Positions 1-9,185 of a stretch of 64,000 bases of DNA are shown piece by piece. Where the stretch lies: NCBI GenBank assembly GCA_046756865.1, contig JBHHXE010000001.1:288-64287 (forward strand). The letters are read 5' to 3'. The notes beneath the pieces were generated by a model, which saw only the letters and a program-made list of their open reading frames with translations, was not told the DNA's origin and did no database searches. The translations under genes were made by a program, and so were the position numbers. Within the stretch, counting starts at the first letter, position 1; every line of letters starts with the position of its first letter. The stretch is from Nitrospiria bacterium (GTDB lineage: Bacteria > Nitrospirota > Nitrospiria > SBBL01 > JAADHI01).

Positions 1-108
1 CGAAATCAAGTACAGCCGTTGTAAAAGAGTAACCCTTGTTCCAGTAATTAGGGATCGCTGATCTGAACCGTGGTCATTAATCTTGACGGATTGGATGTGT
101 TCAGGTTA

Positions 109-543
109 TCAATTTGATCCGCCGCGCCCTCTGCCGCGACCACGCCCCCGTCCACGTCCTCTACCGCGATGGTTTTTCCTGAGTTTTTCAGGAACCTCAG
201 TCTGAACAACCACATCCCATGGACCTCGGAAATGTGTCGCCAATTCCCAATGACCCCCTGAAAACCTGAAATAGGCGTCGTTAAAGTAATAAACGTCTGC
301 CAAATCTGCCACCAAATAGACCCCAAGTACGCTGCTGAATACAAGATCGACACCATGATGGTGATGGTGGCGGTGCCCATGCCTGGGTGCGCGTGGGATT
401 TTGATGCGGCCATCTCGTTTGATCTTGACCATATGGCGTGTCGGGAACAAAACAAGATCATCATGATCGCTTACCACAATGCAGCCCAACATCCCGCTGG
501 ATAAAGTCATCAGGATAACGACAGTTGCAACACTCCTTCTCAA
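109..543 (-). CDS. Lipoprotein of unknown function, His-rich with C-terminal (Arg-Gly)8 tail
   Basis: ORF track gives 109..582 from a GTG. An AAGGAGG box 5 nt upstream of the in-frame TTG at 543 gives M-RRSVATVVILMTLSSGMLG|C, a classic lipoprotein signal peptide with lipobox Cys. The mature part contains HGHRHHHHHG and ends in RGRGRGRGRGRGRGRGG. Confidence 0.6.
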   Translation of the reverse strand: MRRSVATVVILMTLSSGMLGCIVVSDHDDLVLFPTRHMVKIKRDGRIKIPRAPRHGHRHHHHHGVDLVFSSVLGVYLVADLADVYYFNDAYFRFSGGHWELATHFRGPWDVVVQTEVPEKLRKNHRGRGRGRGRGRGRGRGGSN

Positions 544-750
544 AGGAACCTCCTTTTCAAGCGTACTTATGATTAAATCCACTTTTCATTATACCGGTAT
601 TTTTTTGTTTTTGGGTTAGTATAACCTGGTATAAAATCAAGATCATGGGAATATTATGCTTGCTGATGTCTTATACTGAGTCTGAAATTTGACCTGTGAT
701 ACAGAACCCTTTTTTATAGCATGACTCATAGATATTAGCCCCCGGTTGTA

Positions 751-780
751 TTGCTTACCAGGCAGTCTCTATGATATAAA
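751..780 (+). promoter_or_regulatory. Candidate sigma70 promoter for argF operon
   Basis: TTGCTT (751-756), 18 nt spacer, TATAAA (775-780) preceded by TGa (extended -10 like). Lies 19 nt upstream of the argF ORF. Confidence 0.3.
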
Positions 781-798
781 ACTAATTTTTTTAGAGGG

Positions 799-1725
799 AT
801 GGCGGTGATGCGGAAGTGTGATCTCCTGTGCCTGGGTCCGATTAGCAAGCGTGAAATTACGCAACTGATCAAGCGTGCAGGGGTTTATAAGAAAGGTGGA
901 CGCATGCGCCCTCTGGCGGGGCGCTCGGTCGGGCTTCTTTTTGAAAAATCCTCCACCCGGACACGGGTTTCTTTCGAGGTGGCTGTCTGGCGACTCGGAG
1001 GGCTCCCAATCTTTCTTTCTTTTGACGATATCCAGATCAAGCGGGGGGAGACCATTGCCGATACCGCCCGGGTACTCTCAGGCTACCTCGATGCCCTGGT
1101 GATTCGCACTTATGAGCAGGAAAAACTGGAGGAGTGGCGTGATTATGCGACGATTCCGGTGATCAATGGCCTGACCGATCTACATCACCCCTGTCAGGTT
1201 CTTGCCGATCTCTTTACCATTAAAGAAAAAAGGGGTCGGTTGAAGGGACTAAAACTGGTCTATGTCGGAGATGGGAATAATATGGCCCATTCCCTGCTGG
1301 AGGGAGGGGCGACGGTTGGAATGGAGGTCGTCATTGCCTCCCCCAGGGCTTATAAACCAGACCCGATGCTTGTGCAATCGGCGATGATTATGGCAAAAAA
1401 ATCTGGAGGAGCTATCTCGGTGTTAAGCGATCCACTTAAGGCGGTCAAAGGTGCTGACGTGGTTTATACTGACGTCTGGGTCTCGATGGGTCAGGAAGGG
1501 GAATGCAAAAAGAGGCTCAAAGTTTTGAAGCCTTATCAGGTAAACAAGAAGTTATTGGCAGGGGCGAGGAGTGACGTCATGGTGATGCACTGTCTCCCAG
1601 CCCATCGTGGTGAAGAGATTTCTGCGGACGTGATGGAGGATTCCCGATCGGTCATTTTTGAGCAGGCTGCAAACCGGCTTCCGATGCAGCAGGCCATTCT
1701 GGAGATGTGTATTGGCAAAAAGTGA
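799..1725 (+). CDS. argF: Ornithine carbamoyltransferase
   Basis: 308 aa with the carbamoyl-phosphate motif SSTRTRVSFE, plus HPCQ and HCLPAHRGEE, typical of anabolic OTCase. Confidence 0.95.
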   Translation: MAVMRKCDLLCLGPISKREITQLIKRAGVYKKGGRMRPLAGRSVGLLFEKSSTRTRVSFEVAVWRLGGLPIFLSFDDIQIKRGETIADTARVLSGYLDALVIRTYEQEKLEEWRDYATIPVINGLTDLHHPCQVLADLFTIKEKRGRLKGLKLVYVGDGNNMAHSLLEGGATVGMEVVIASPRAYKPDPMLVQSAMIMAKKSGGAISVLSDPLKAVKGADVVYTDVWVSMGQEGECKKRLKVLKPYQVNKKLLAGARSDVMVMHCLPAHRGEEISADVMEDSRSVIFEQAANRLPMQQAILEMCIGKK

Positions 1726-2968
1726 AAAGAAGATCAATAAGGTGGTTCTTGCCTATTCAGGGGGGCTCGATACATCTGTTATCATTACCTGGCTGAAAGA
1801 ACGGTACGGATGTCAGGTTATTGCTTTTTGTGCCGACCTCGGCCAGGGGGAAGATCTTTCGGAAGTCTCTGCGAAAGCGGAGAGAACCGGTGCGAGCAAG
1901 GTTGTCATTACCGATCTCAGAGAGGTCTTTGCAAAAGAGTATCTTTTTCCCATGCTCCGGGCCAATGCGGTTTATGAAGGATGTTATCTTCTGGGAACCG
2001 CGATCGCCAGGCCGCTGATCGCTAAAAAACAGATGGAAATTGCGAAAAAACATGGAGCTGGGGGTGTCTCCCACGGGGCAACCGGAAAAGGGAACGATCA
2101 GGTTCGCTTTGAGTTGAGCTATTTTTCCATTGATCCGACGATTGAAATTATTGCCCCCTGGCGGGACTGGGAATTTGAATCCCGATCCGATCTGATGGCC
2201 TACGCAAAACGGTATAAGATTCCCGTTACGGCGACAATAAAGAAACCCTACAGCATCGACAGTAATCTCTTTCATACCAGTTATGAGGGGGGGATTTTGG
2301 AAGATCCCTGGACTGAGCCGCCGGCGTCCATGTTTATGATGACCCAGGCTCCGGAGGATGCTCCGGAAAAGCCCGCGATCATTGAAATCGGCTTTAAAGA
2401 GGGGGATCCTGTTTCGATTAACGGAAAACAATATTCTCCCGGAAAACTTATAGCGGAATTAAACAAAATCGGTGGAATCCACGGCATCGGGCGTGTCGAC
2501 CTGGTGGAGAATCGATATGTCGGGATGAAGTCAAGAGGGGTATATGAGACTCCGGGCGGAACCCTACTGCATGCCGCCCATCGCGCCGTGGAGTCTTTGT
2601 GTGTTGACCGTGATGTCCTGCATCTCCGGGATAGTCTGATATCGCAATATGCCGAGATGATTTATTACGGATATTGGTTCTCGCCGGAACGTGAAATGCT
2701 ACAGACTTTAATGGACCGCGCACAGGAAGGGGTGACCGGTGTGGCCCGGTTAAAACTATTTAAAGGAAGTCTTACCGTTATCGGAAGAAAGGCACCTCGC
2801 TCCCTCTATCGCAAAGAAATATCAACTTTTGAAAAAGATTCCTGCTTTGTCCAGAAAGAGGCAGAAGGTTTTATCCGATTAAATGCTCTCCGATTAAAGC
2901 TACCGGTCTTGAGCCAAACGCAAGTGAAAGGATCCCGTGGCAAAGGGAACAAAAAGAATAGTCAATAA
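1658..2968 (+). CDS. argG: Argininosuccinate synthase
   Basis: Contains the VVLAYSGGLDTS ATP-PPase motif and homology-like sequence throughout. The true start is probably the in-frame TTG at 1712 (LAKSEKKINKVVLAYSGG), overlapping the argF stop, rather than ATG 1658. Confidence 0.93.
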   Translation: MSRLQTGFRCSRPFWRCVLAKSEKKINKVVLAYSGGLDTSVIITWLKERYGCQVIAFCADLGQGEDLSEVSAKAERTGASKVVITDLREVFAKEYLFPMLRANAVYEGCYLLGTAIARPLIAKKQMEIAKKHGAGGVSHGATGKGNDQVRFELSYFSIDPTIEIIAPWRDWEFESRSDLMAYAKRYKIPVTATIKKPYSIDSNLFHTSYEGGILEDPWTEPPASMFMMTQAPEDAPEKPAIIEIGFKEGDPVSINGKQYSPGKLIAELNKIGGIHGIGRVDLVENRYVGMKSRGVYETPGGTLLHAAHRAVESLCVDRDVLHLRDSLISQYAEMIYYGYWFSPEREMLQTLMDRAQEGVTGVARLKLFKGSLTVIGRKAPRSLYRKEISTFEKDSCFVQKEAEGFIRLNALRLKLPVLSQTQVKGSRGKGNKKNSQ

Positions 2969-4409
2969 GGGCAAAACTTCCGGGTCAAATAAAAGCGAGT
3001 GGAAAAATGCGGCTTGGGAAGGTCGATTCACCGAGGCCGTTGATCCAGATGTTGCGGCCTTTACCTCCTCTTTTCTCTTCGACCGCTGTCTCTACCCGTA
3101 TGACATTGAAGGGAGCATCGCCCATACCGAAGGGTTGGTCCGTGCCGGTCTCCTGACGCCAGCCGAAAAAAAGTGTTTGGTAAAAGGGCTGAAAGAGATT
3201 GAAGCGGAGATGGCAGAGGAGGGTCTCGTCGAACTGGCCCGAAACCGGGCGGTTTTGGATGAAGATATACATATGCATGTCGAACGCCGTCTTGTGGAGA
3301 AGGTTGGGGAGGTGGGTGGAAAACTGCACACCGGCCGGAGCCGCAATGACCAGGTTGCCCTGGATCTCAGGCTTTATCTCCGCAGTGAAATCAGGCAGAT
3401 TGTTGAACAGATTAACACGCTTCAAAGAAACCTTGCTGCTCAGGCGGAAGACCATGTTGATACGATAGTGCCCGGCTATACGCACCTGCAACGCGCACAG
3501 CCGGTTTCTCTGGCGCACACCTTGCTGGCTTATTATGAGATGCTGGAGCGCGACCGGACCCGCCTTCTCGACGGACTGAAGCGCATGAATCAAATGCCGC
3601 TGGGGGCCGGTGCTCTGGCCGGAAACAGTTTCTCTATTGACCGTTTGCATGTGGCCCGCTTGCTGGGTTTTTCTCAAGTCACGGCAAACAGCCTTGATAC
3701 GGTATGTGACCGGGATTTTGTCACAGAATTTCTCTCTTCAGCCTCGATCCTCATGATGCATCTCTCCCGCTGGGCAGAAGACTGGATTCTCTGGGCCTCG
3801 ACAGAGTTTGGCTTTATTGACCTTCCGGATCGATACTGTACTGGAAGCAGTATGATGCCGCAAAAGAAGAATCCGGATCTTCTCGAGTTGATCCGTGGAA
3901 AAACGGGGAGGGTCTATGGGGCTTTGCTTACACTCCTGACGGTACTTAAAGGGCTTCCCTTGTCTTACAACAGGGATCTCCAGGAAGACAAGGAGCCGCT
4001 TTTTAATACGGTCAATACACTCCAAAGTGGACTCCGGATCATGACAAACCTGACCAAAGAAGCCCGCTTTAACAGTGCAAAAATGAAGGCAGCCACTGAA
4101 GAAGGCGCCCTGCTGGCGACAGATCTGGCGGATTACCTTGTAGAAAAAGGCCTCCCATTTCGTCAGGCCCATCGCGTGAGTGGAAAGATTGTCCTTAAGG
4201 CACTGGATGAAGGCAAACCTTTCGAAGGCTGGACACTGGATGTGTTTAAAGCATTTTCTCCCTTGTTTGAGCAGGATCTCTTTGACCGGCTCACTCTGAC
4301 AGGGTCCATCGAAAAAAAAGGAGGAATCGGCGGAACATCCACAAAGTCCATCCGAATGCAGATCCGGAAGATAAAGCGAAGATGGAAAAATGAGGACAAG
4401 AAGATATAA
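2937..4409 (+). CDS. argH: Argininosuccinate lyase
   Basis: 490 aa from a GTG start. Has W-x-GRF near the N-terminus, GYTHLQRAQP and the fumarate-lyase signature GSSMMPQKKNPD. Confidence 0.95.
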   Translation: MAKGTKRIVNKGKTSGSNKSEWKNAAWEGRFTEAVDPDVAAFTSSFLFDRCLYPYDIEGSIAHTEGLVRAGLLTPAEKKCLVKGLKEIEAEMAEEGLVELARNRAVLDEDIHMHVERRLVEKVGEVGGKLHTGRSRNDQVALDLRLYLRSEIRQIVEQINTLQRNLAAQAEDHVDTIVPGYTHLQRAQPVSLAHTLLAYYEMLERDRTRLLDGLKRMNQMPLGAGALAGNSFSIDRLHVARLLGFSQVTANSLDTVCDRDFVTEFLSSASILMMHLSRWAEDWILWASTEFGFIDLPDRYCTGSSMMPQKKNPDLLELIRGKTGRVYGALLTLLTVLKGLPLSYNRDLQEDKEPLFNTVNTLQSGLRIMTNLTKEARFNSAKMKAATEEGALLATDLADYLVEKGLPFRQAHRVSGKIVLKALDEGKPFEGWTLDVFKAFSPLFEQDLFDRLTLTGSIEKKGGIGGTSTKSIRMQIRKIKRRWKNEDKKI

Positions 4410-4614
4410 GAACTATAAAACAGTATGTTACGTTGAAATTATCATCCTCGTCTTTATCTTTTTAGGGGGCTGTGGTCGAAAAGGGGATCCAGTTCCCCCT
4501 GGCAATCACACTCCGATGATAAGCTTTTCGTCCTTGCTGGTCGCACCCGATCCGCAGTGGGAATTGACGGGAGTAAAAGAAGTTGACTATATTGATGGGG
4601 TTCAATCGATCTAA
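4390..4614 (+). CDS. Small lipoprotein, LptM (YifL)-like
   Basis: 74 aa. A hydrophobic signal ends in the lipobox FLGG|C, followed by GRKGDPVPP. This is the C-G-x-K-G-P/D-L/V-x-x-P pattern of the small lipoprotein family found next to dapF/lysA in other bacteria. Confidence 0.6.
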   Translation: MRTRRYKNYKTVCYVEIIILVFIFLGGCGRKGDPVPPGNHTPMISFSSLLVAPDPQWELTGVKEVDYIDGVQSI

Positions 4615-4628
4615 CAGGGAATAAAAAC

Positions 4629-5894
4629 ATGAATGCATTTCGATATAAAAAGGGTCGGCTTTTTTGTGAAGAGGTCTCTCTTGAAGAAATGTCAGAGAAG
4701 GTGGGGACCCCTTTCTATGCATATAGCCATAAGGCCCTTCTCAGTCAAATTACAGCTTACAAAAAGGCCTTTTCCTCGGTTCCCCATTTAATTGCTTTTG
4801 CAGTCAAAGCAAATGCAAATATCGCGGTCCTTCGTGTTTTTGCTAACGCGGGTGGCGGAGGGGATATTGTTTCAACCGGAGAACTTCACCGTGCCTTAAA
4901 GGCGGGAATGGACCCTGAAAATCTTGTTTTTGCCGGGGTGGGGAAGACAAAAAAAGAGATGAAAGACGCCTTGCGTGCCGGAATCCTGATGTTTAACGTC
5001 GAATCGGCCCAGGAACTCGTCGCACTTGATGAGACGGCTAAGACGCTTGGCATGAAGGCTCCCGTCGCGCTTCGGGTAAACCCGGATGTCAACCCCAAGA
5101 CCCATCCTTACATTTCCACCGGTTTAAAGAAAAGCAAGTTCGGGATTGAAATTGTCAAGGCAGTGTCGCAATATCAGACGGCCTCCCTTCTTTCTAACAT
5201 TGAGATTGTGGGCGTCCATTCACATATCGGTTCTCAACTAACACAGGTGAAGCCCTTTGTTGATGCCCTGAAACGAATCTCGAAGCTTATCGACGCGCTT
5301 CGAAAGCAGGGTCTTGACATTCCATATTGGAACATCGGAGGCGGGCTGGGGATTACTTATAACGCCGAAAAACCTCCTATGCCGAAAGAAATGGCTGTGG
5401 CGGTTCTTCCCCTTTTGAAGAAAAGCGGCTGCAGAATCATTCTGGAGCCGGGGCGGTCACTCGCCGGGAATGCAGGGGTGCTGGTAACCCGTGTGATTTA
5501 CAACAAGGAAGGGGAGGCGAAAAACTTTCTGGTGGTAGATGCCGGGATGAATGACCTGATCCGTCCGAGCCTTTATGAGGCCTATCATGAGCTAAAACCC
5601 ATCGTAAAACGGCGGCGGAAGCCTAAAGTCGTTGATGTGGTTGGACCTATCTGTGAATCAGGTGATTTTCTAGCGCAGGACCGTGAGATCCCGGAGATGG
5701 GGCCTGATGATCTCCTCGCCGTCATGAGCGCGGGAGCCTACAGTTTCACCATGTCATCGAACTATAATGCCCGTCCCCGCCCCCCGGAAATCCTTGTTCA
5801 TGGCGATACGTATGATGTGATTCGCAAGCGGGAGACCCTGAGGGACCTGCTGCGCGGGGAATCTGTTCCTGAATTCCTGGGGAAGGCAAGGTGA
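4629..5894 (+). CDS. lysA: Diaminopimelate decarboxylase
   Basis: 421 aa fold-III PLP decarboxylase with AVKAN (PLP lysine), HSHIGSQ, GGGLGI, EPGRS and CESGD motifs. Confidence 0.95.
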   Translation: MNAFRYKKGRLFCEEVSLEEMSEKVGTPFYAYSHKALLSQITAYKKAFSSVPHLIAFAVKANANIAVLRVFANAGGGGDIVSTGELHRALKAGMDPENLVFAGVGKTKKEMKDALRAGILMFNVESAQELVALDETAKTLGMKAPVALRVNPDVNPKTHPYISTGLKKSKFGIEIVKAVSQYQTASLLSNIEIVGVHSHIGSQLTQVKPFVDALKRISKLIDALRKQGLDIPYWNIGGGLGITYNAEKPPMPKEMAVAVLPLLKKSGCRIILEPGRSLAGNAGVLVTRVIYNKEGEAKNFLVVDAGMNDLIRPSLYEAYHELKPIVKRRRKPKVVDVVGPICESGDFLAQDREIPEMGPDDLLAVMSAGAYSFTMSSNYNARPRPPEILVHGDTYDVIRKRETLRDLLRGESVPEFLGKAR

Positions 5895-6316
5895 GTCACC
5901 AGGGTATGGTCCAAAGGACAAAGGGCACTGTCTTTTCTGACAATGCAGGCTCACGAAAAGACAAGAAGGAGGGGCGTGTTTTTTTTCTTGCCCTTCTGAT
6001 CATCAGCGGCATAGTGATTCTCTGCATGAGCGTTGTATATTTTAAAGGGAAGGAAATCACAATTTTCACCTTTCAACGCTTTGTGGTCAACAAGGCATTC
6101 ATGTCTCTCCTTCCTGAAGAATACAGCCTTGAAGAGGCGGAGTCGGTCCGGCAAAAAGTCTTTGCCTTTTACGACACGGCAATGAGGGGAGATGTGAGCG
6201 AAGAGGAATTGTTGGCAGTCAGTACACGGATTCAGTCAATTCTGGCAGACGAGAAGGTTAAAGATGAAGAGGTCCAGTCCCTCTTAACCCTGATTGATAC
6301 GGGTGGCGGAAGATGA
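5891..6316 (+). CDS. Hypothetical single-pass membrane protein
   Basis: 141 aa. The GTG start overlaps the lysA stop (GTGA) and the stop overlaps the dapF start (ATGA). One TM helix (VFFLALLIISGIVILCMSVVYF) is followed by an acidic helical domain. I recognise no family. Confidence 0.55.
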   Translation: MSHQGMVQRTKGTVFSDNAGSRKDKKEGRVFFLALLIISGIVILCMSVVYFKGKEITIFTFQRFVVNKAFMSLLPEEYSLEEAESVRQKVFAFYDTAMRGDVSEEELLAVSTRIQSILADEKVKDEEVQSLLTLIDTGGGR

Positions 6317-7146
6317 AATTTCCAATTCCATTCTGGAAGATGAACGGCAGCGGTAACGATTTTGTGATGATTGATCATCGCAAGCCAACTATCCCTCAAA
6401 ACGAAATGGCCTCTTTCATTTCTAAGGTTTGCCGCCGTGGTCTTTCGGTCGGGGCCGACGGTCTGATTCTGGTGGTCCCTTCTTCAAGGGCGGATTACGG
6501 ATGGCACTTTTACAACGCCGATGGGGGAGAGGCAGAGATGTGTGCCAATGGGAGCCGCTGCGTTGCCCGCTTCGCTTTCCTAATGGGGATTGCACCTGCA
6601 AAGCACACCATTGAGACGATTGCCGGAATTGTTCGGGCAGAAGTGCGGGGAGAGGAGGGATGTCGTGTCCAGGTCTACCTTCCTGATCCCTTTGATCTTC
6701 ACCTGAATGTCGATCTTGAAGTGAATGGAGAAAAGGAGCGTGTCCATAGCGTCAATACCTCCGTTCCCCACGCAGTTTATTTTGTTGATGATACTGACAA
6801 GGTTGACCTGGTCAGCCTGGGAAGTGCGACGCGTTACCACGAACACTTTGCGCCGAAGGGAACCAATGTGAATATAGTCAGTTTTTCAGGGGATTCCCTG
6901 AAAATCCGGACTTATGAGCGCGGTGTAGAAGATGAGACTTTGGCCTGTGGCACGGGTGCGGTTGCAGGTGCCGTTATTGCCGCTTCTCTTGGAAAAGTCT
7001 CATCACCCGTGACACTCCTGACAAGGGGAGGGACACGCTTGGTTGTGACCTTTGCCCAAGACGGGGCTTCTTTTAAAAATATATCTCTGGAGGGAGACGC
7101 ACGTGTCGTTTCCAGAGGCGAAATTTCAGAAGATGCTCTTATATAG
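6313..7146 (+). CDS. dapF: Diaminopimelate epimerase
   Basis: 277 aa with MNGSGNDFVMID, and the two catalytic Cys contexts MCANGSRC and ACGTGA. Confidence 0.94.
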   Translation: MKFPIPFWKMNGSGNDFVMIDHRKPTIPQNEMASFISKVCRRGLSVGADGLILVVPSSRADYGWHFYNADGGEAEMCANGSRCVARFAFLMGIAPAKHTIETIAGIVRAEVRGEEGCRVQVYLPDPFDLHLNVDLEVNGEKERVHSVNTSVPHAVYFVDDTDKVDLVSLGSATRYHEHFAPKGTNVNIVSFSGDSLKIRTYERGVEDETLACGTGAVAGAVIAASLGKVSSPVTLLTRGGTRLVVTFAQDGASFKNISLEGDARVVSRGEISEDALI

Positions 7147-7231
7147 AATCCTGAAAAATAACATCTTGGTTGAACAATTTGATCGTGTTTTCGTAGTAAC
7201 ACATAAAGTCATTATATTCATGAGGTAAGGT

Positions 7232-8116
7232 ATGTTTAAAGGTTCGATTGTTGCCATTGTGACACCTCTAAAAGAAGGGCGGGTCGATGAAAAGGCAATG
7301 GCGGATTTGATCAATTTTCATCTCGAAGCAGGGACAAATGGCATTGTCCCGTGTGGGACAACCGGTGAATCTGCAACCTTGAGCCATGAGGAACACCGCC
7401 GCGTCATTGAGATGACCATTGAAGTGGTTGGCGGACGCGTTCCAGTGATCGCGGGAACCGGGTCCAACAGTACTGAAGAAGCAATTACCCTCACCCGGCA
7501 TGCCAAGTCCGTCGGCGCTGCGGGCGCACTTCTGATCACACCATACTACAATAAGCCGATGCAGGAGGGACTCTTCCGGCACTTCAAATTAATTGCGGAA
7601 AGGGTTGACCTTCCCCAGATTCTCTACAATATTCCCGGCCGTACCGGGGTGAATATGTTGCCGGAAACCGTGGCCCGCCTGACAGACTTTGAAAATATTG
7701 TCGGGATTAAAGAGGGAAGCGGCTCAATACAGCAGATGACTGAGGTAATCCGTCGTTGTGGTGAACGTTTGTGCGTTCTTTCGGGAGATGATGGTTTGAC
7801 ACTCCCGCTGATGGCCGTTGGCGGTTCAGGGGTCATCTCCGTTACCGCCAATATTGTCCCTTCCGAGATGGTGCAGATGACCTCGGCGGCAGAAAGAGGG
7901 GATTTTTCCGAGGCGAGAAAATGGGATGCAAAGCTCCATCCGCTTCATCGTGACCTATTTCTCGAGACCAATCCCGTTCCAGTTAAAGCGGCCCTTTCCA
8001 TGATGGGAAAATGCAGCAAAGAAGTTCGTCTTCCCTTGAGTCCTTTATCGGAAGAAAGCTTGCGTACCTTAAAAGGATCGCTAGAGGCTTATGGCCTTGT
8101 TTTAAAGGCAACTTGA
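7232..8116 (+). CDS. dapA: 4-hydroxy-tetrahydrodipicolinate synthase
   Basis: 294 aa with GSIVAIVTP, CGTTGES, YYNKP and the Schiff-base Lys context GIKEGSG. Confidence 0.95.
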   Translation: MFKGSIVAIVTPLKEGRVDEKAMADLINFHLEAGTNGIVPCGTTGESATLSHEEHRRVIEMTIEVVGGRVPVIAGTGSNSTEEAITLTRHAKSVGAAGALLITPYYNKPMQEGLFRHFKLIAERVDLPQILYNIPGRTGVNMLPETVARLTDFENIVGIKEGSGSIQQMTEVIRRCGERLCVLSGDDGLTLPLMAVGGSGVISVTANIVPSEMVQMTSAAERGDFSEARKWDAKLHPLHRDLFLETNPVPVKAALSMMGKCSKEVRLPLSPLSEESLRTLKGSLEAYGLVLKAT

Positions 8117-8170
8117 CTGTATATGCCAGGATCTATTTGTGGATCTTTGGAAAAACAATAAAGGAGATCG

Positions 8171-8971
8171 ATGAAGCTGACAATTTCAGGTGCAGCAGGC
8201 CGAATGGGTCGGGCCATACTCGAAAGTCTCTATGATGAAGAGGATCTTGAACTGGGATCGGCCCTTGAGAAAAAAAGAAATCCCTCCGTGGGCCGGGACG
8301 CAGGAGAGTTGATCGGTATCGGAAAGTGGGGTATCCCTGTTACAGACCGAATAAAAAAGGCCGTTCTTGATGGCGAGGTGATGATCGATTTTACCTATCC
8401 ATCAGAAACCCTCAAAATGGTTCAAGAAGCACAGCGCAAAAAAAAACCAATGGTGATCGGGACCACCGGGTTTTTGCGCGATCAGGAAAAAAAGATTAAG
8501 GATGCCTCTAAAAAGATTCCAATCGTCTGGTCTCCCAATATGAGTGTTGGTGTGAATGTCATGCTGAAATTCCTTGCGGACGCGGCCAACATCCTGGGGG
8601 AGGCCTATGATGTTGAGATCATGGAAATCCATCATCGGCATAAGAAAGATGCTCCAAGCGGAACAGCGCTTCGCATGGGTGAGACCATTTCCGCTGGGCG
8701 GGGCGCATCCCTTGCGCGTGTTGGTCGATTTTCCCGCCATGGAAAGATAGGTCCGAGAAAAACAGGAGAGATTGGATTTCAAAGCCAACGGGCGGGCGAT
8801 GTTGTCGGTGAACATACGGTGACTTTTGCTGGACCCGGGGAACGTATTGAAATGACACATCGAGCCCATAGTCGAAATAATTTTTCACGCGGGGCGATAT
8901 TGGCGGCAAAATGGGTGGCCGATCAACCACCCGGGTTGTACGATATGATGGATGTCTTAGGCCTGAAGTAA
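8171..8971 (+). CDS. dapB: 4-hydroxy-tetrahydrodipicolinate reductase
   Basis: 266 aa with the N-terminal GAAGRMG nucleotide-binding motif, and EIHHRHKKDAPSGTA, the DapB signature. Confidence 0.95.
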   Translation: MKLTISGAAGRMGRAILESLYDEEDLELGSALEKKRNPSVGRDAGELIGIGKWGIPVTDRIKKAVLDGEVMIDFTYPSETLKMVQEAQRKKKPMVIGTTGFLRDQEKKIKDASKKIPIVWSPNMSVGVNVMLKFLADAANILGEAYDVEIMEIHHRHKKDAPSGTALRMGETISAGRGASLARVGRFSRHGKIGPRKTGEIGFQSQRAGDVVGEHTVTFAGPGERIEMTHRAHSRNNFSRGAILAAKWVADQPPGLYDMMDVLGLK

Positions 8972-9185
8972 GGGTCTCCTCTCTATCTTGTTCCAATTCA
9001 GCGTTCCTGCGTCACAGATTATATTGGGTCGATCTGAACACGATAGTGGGCATAATCGCTCGCCTTTCCAGGGCTGGTTTGTAAGCACCGACAACGTGTT
9101 CTCCCACTTTTGTATCGGAAAAACCTCGCCACGATGGAGTGAAGTTCTTCAACAAAGATAATATCTACAACATGAAGGAGAGCAC

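Noticed and set aside
112-168. Possible DNA tandem repeat or microsatellite underlying the RG repeat
   Set aside because: The codons are heterogeneous, so there is no nucleotide-level repeat unit. It is not a repeat or CRISPR-like element.
48-464. 138-aa ORF on the minus strand overlapping the lipoprotein gene in another frame
   Set aside because: It has no SD, no recognisable features and a low-complexity translation. The overlapping frame has an AAGGAGG-TTG start and a lipoprotein signal peptide.
1757-3677. Long antisense ORFs (1757..2431, 224 aa; 2985..3677, 230 aa) opposite argG and argH
   Set aside because: These are shadow ORFs opposite strongly recognisable enzymes. Their translations are Arg/Pro/Gly-rich nonsense with no motifs.
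8972-9185. Possible lysine riboswitch or T-box in the 214-bp gap before the DapL-type aminotransferase
   Set aside because: I could not find L-box or T-box core sequences or convincing nested helices by eye. The question stays open only as something a covariance-model scan could settle.
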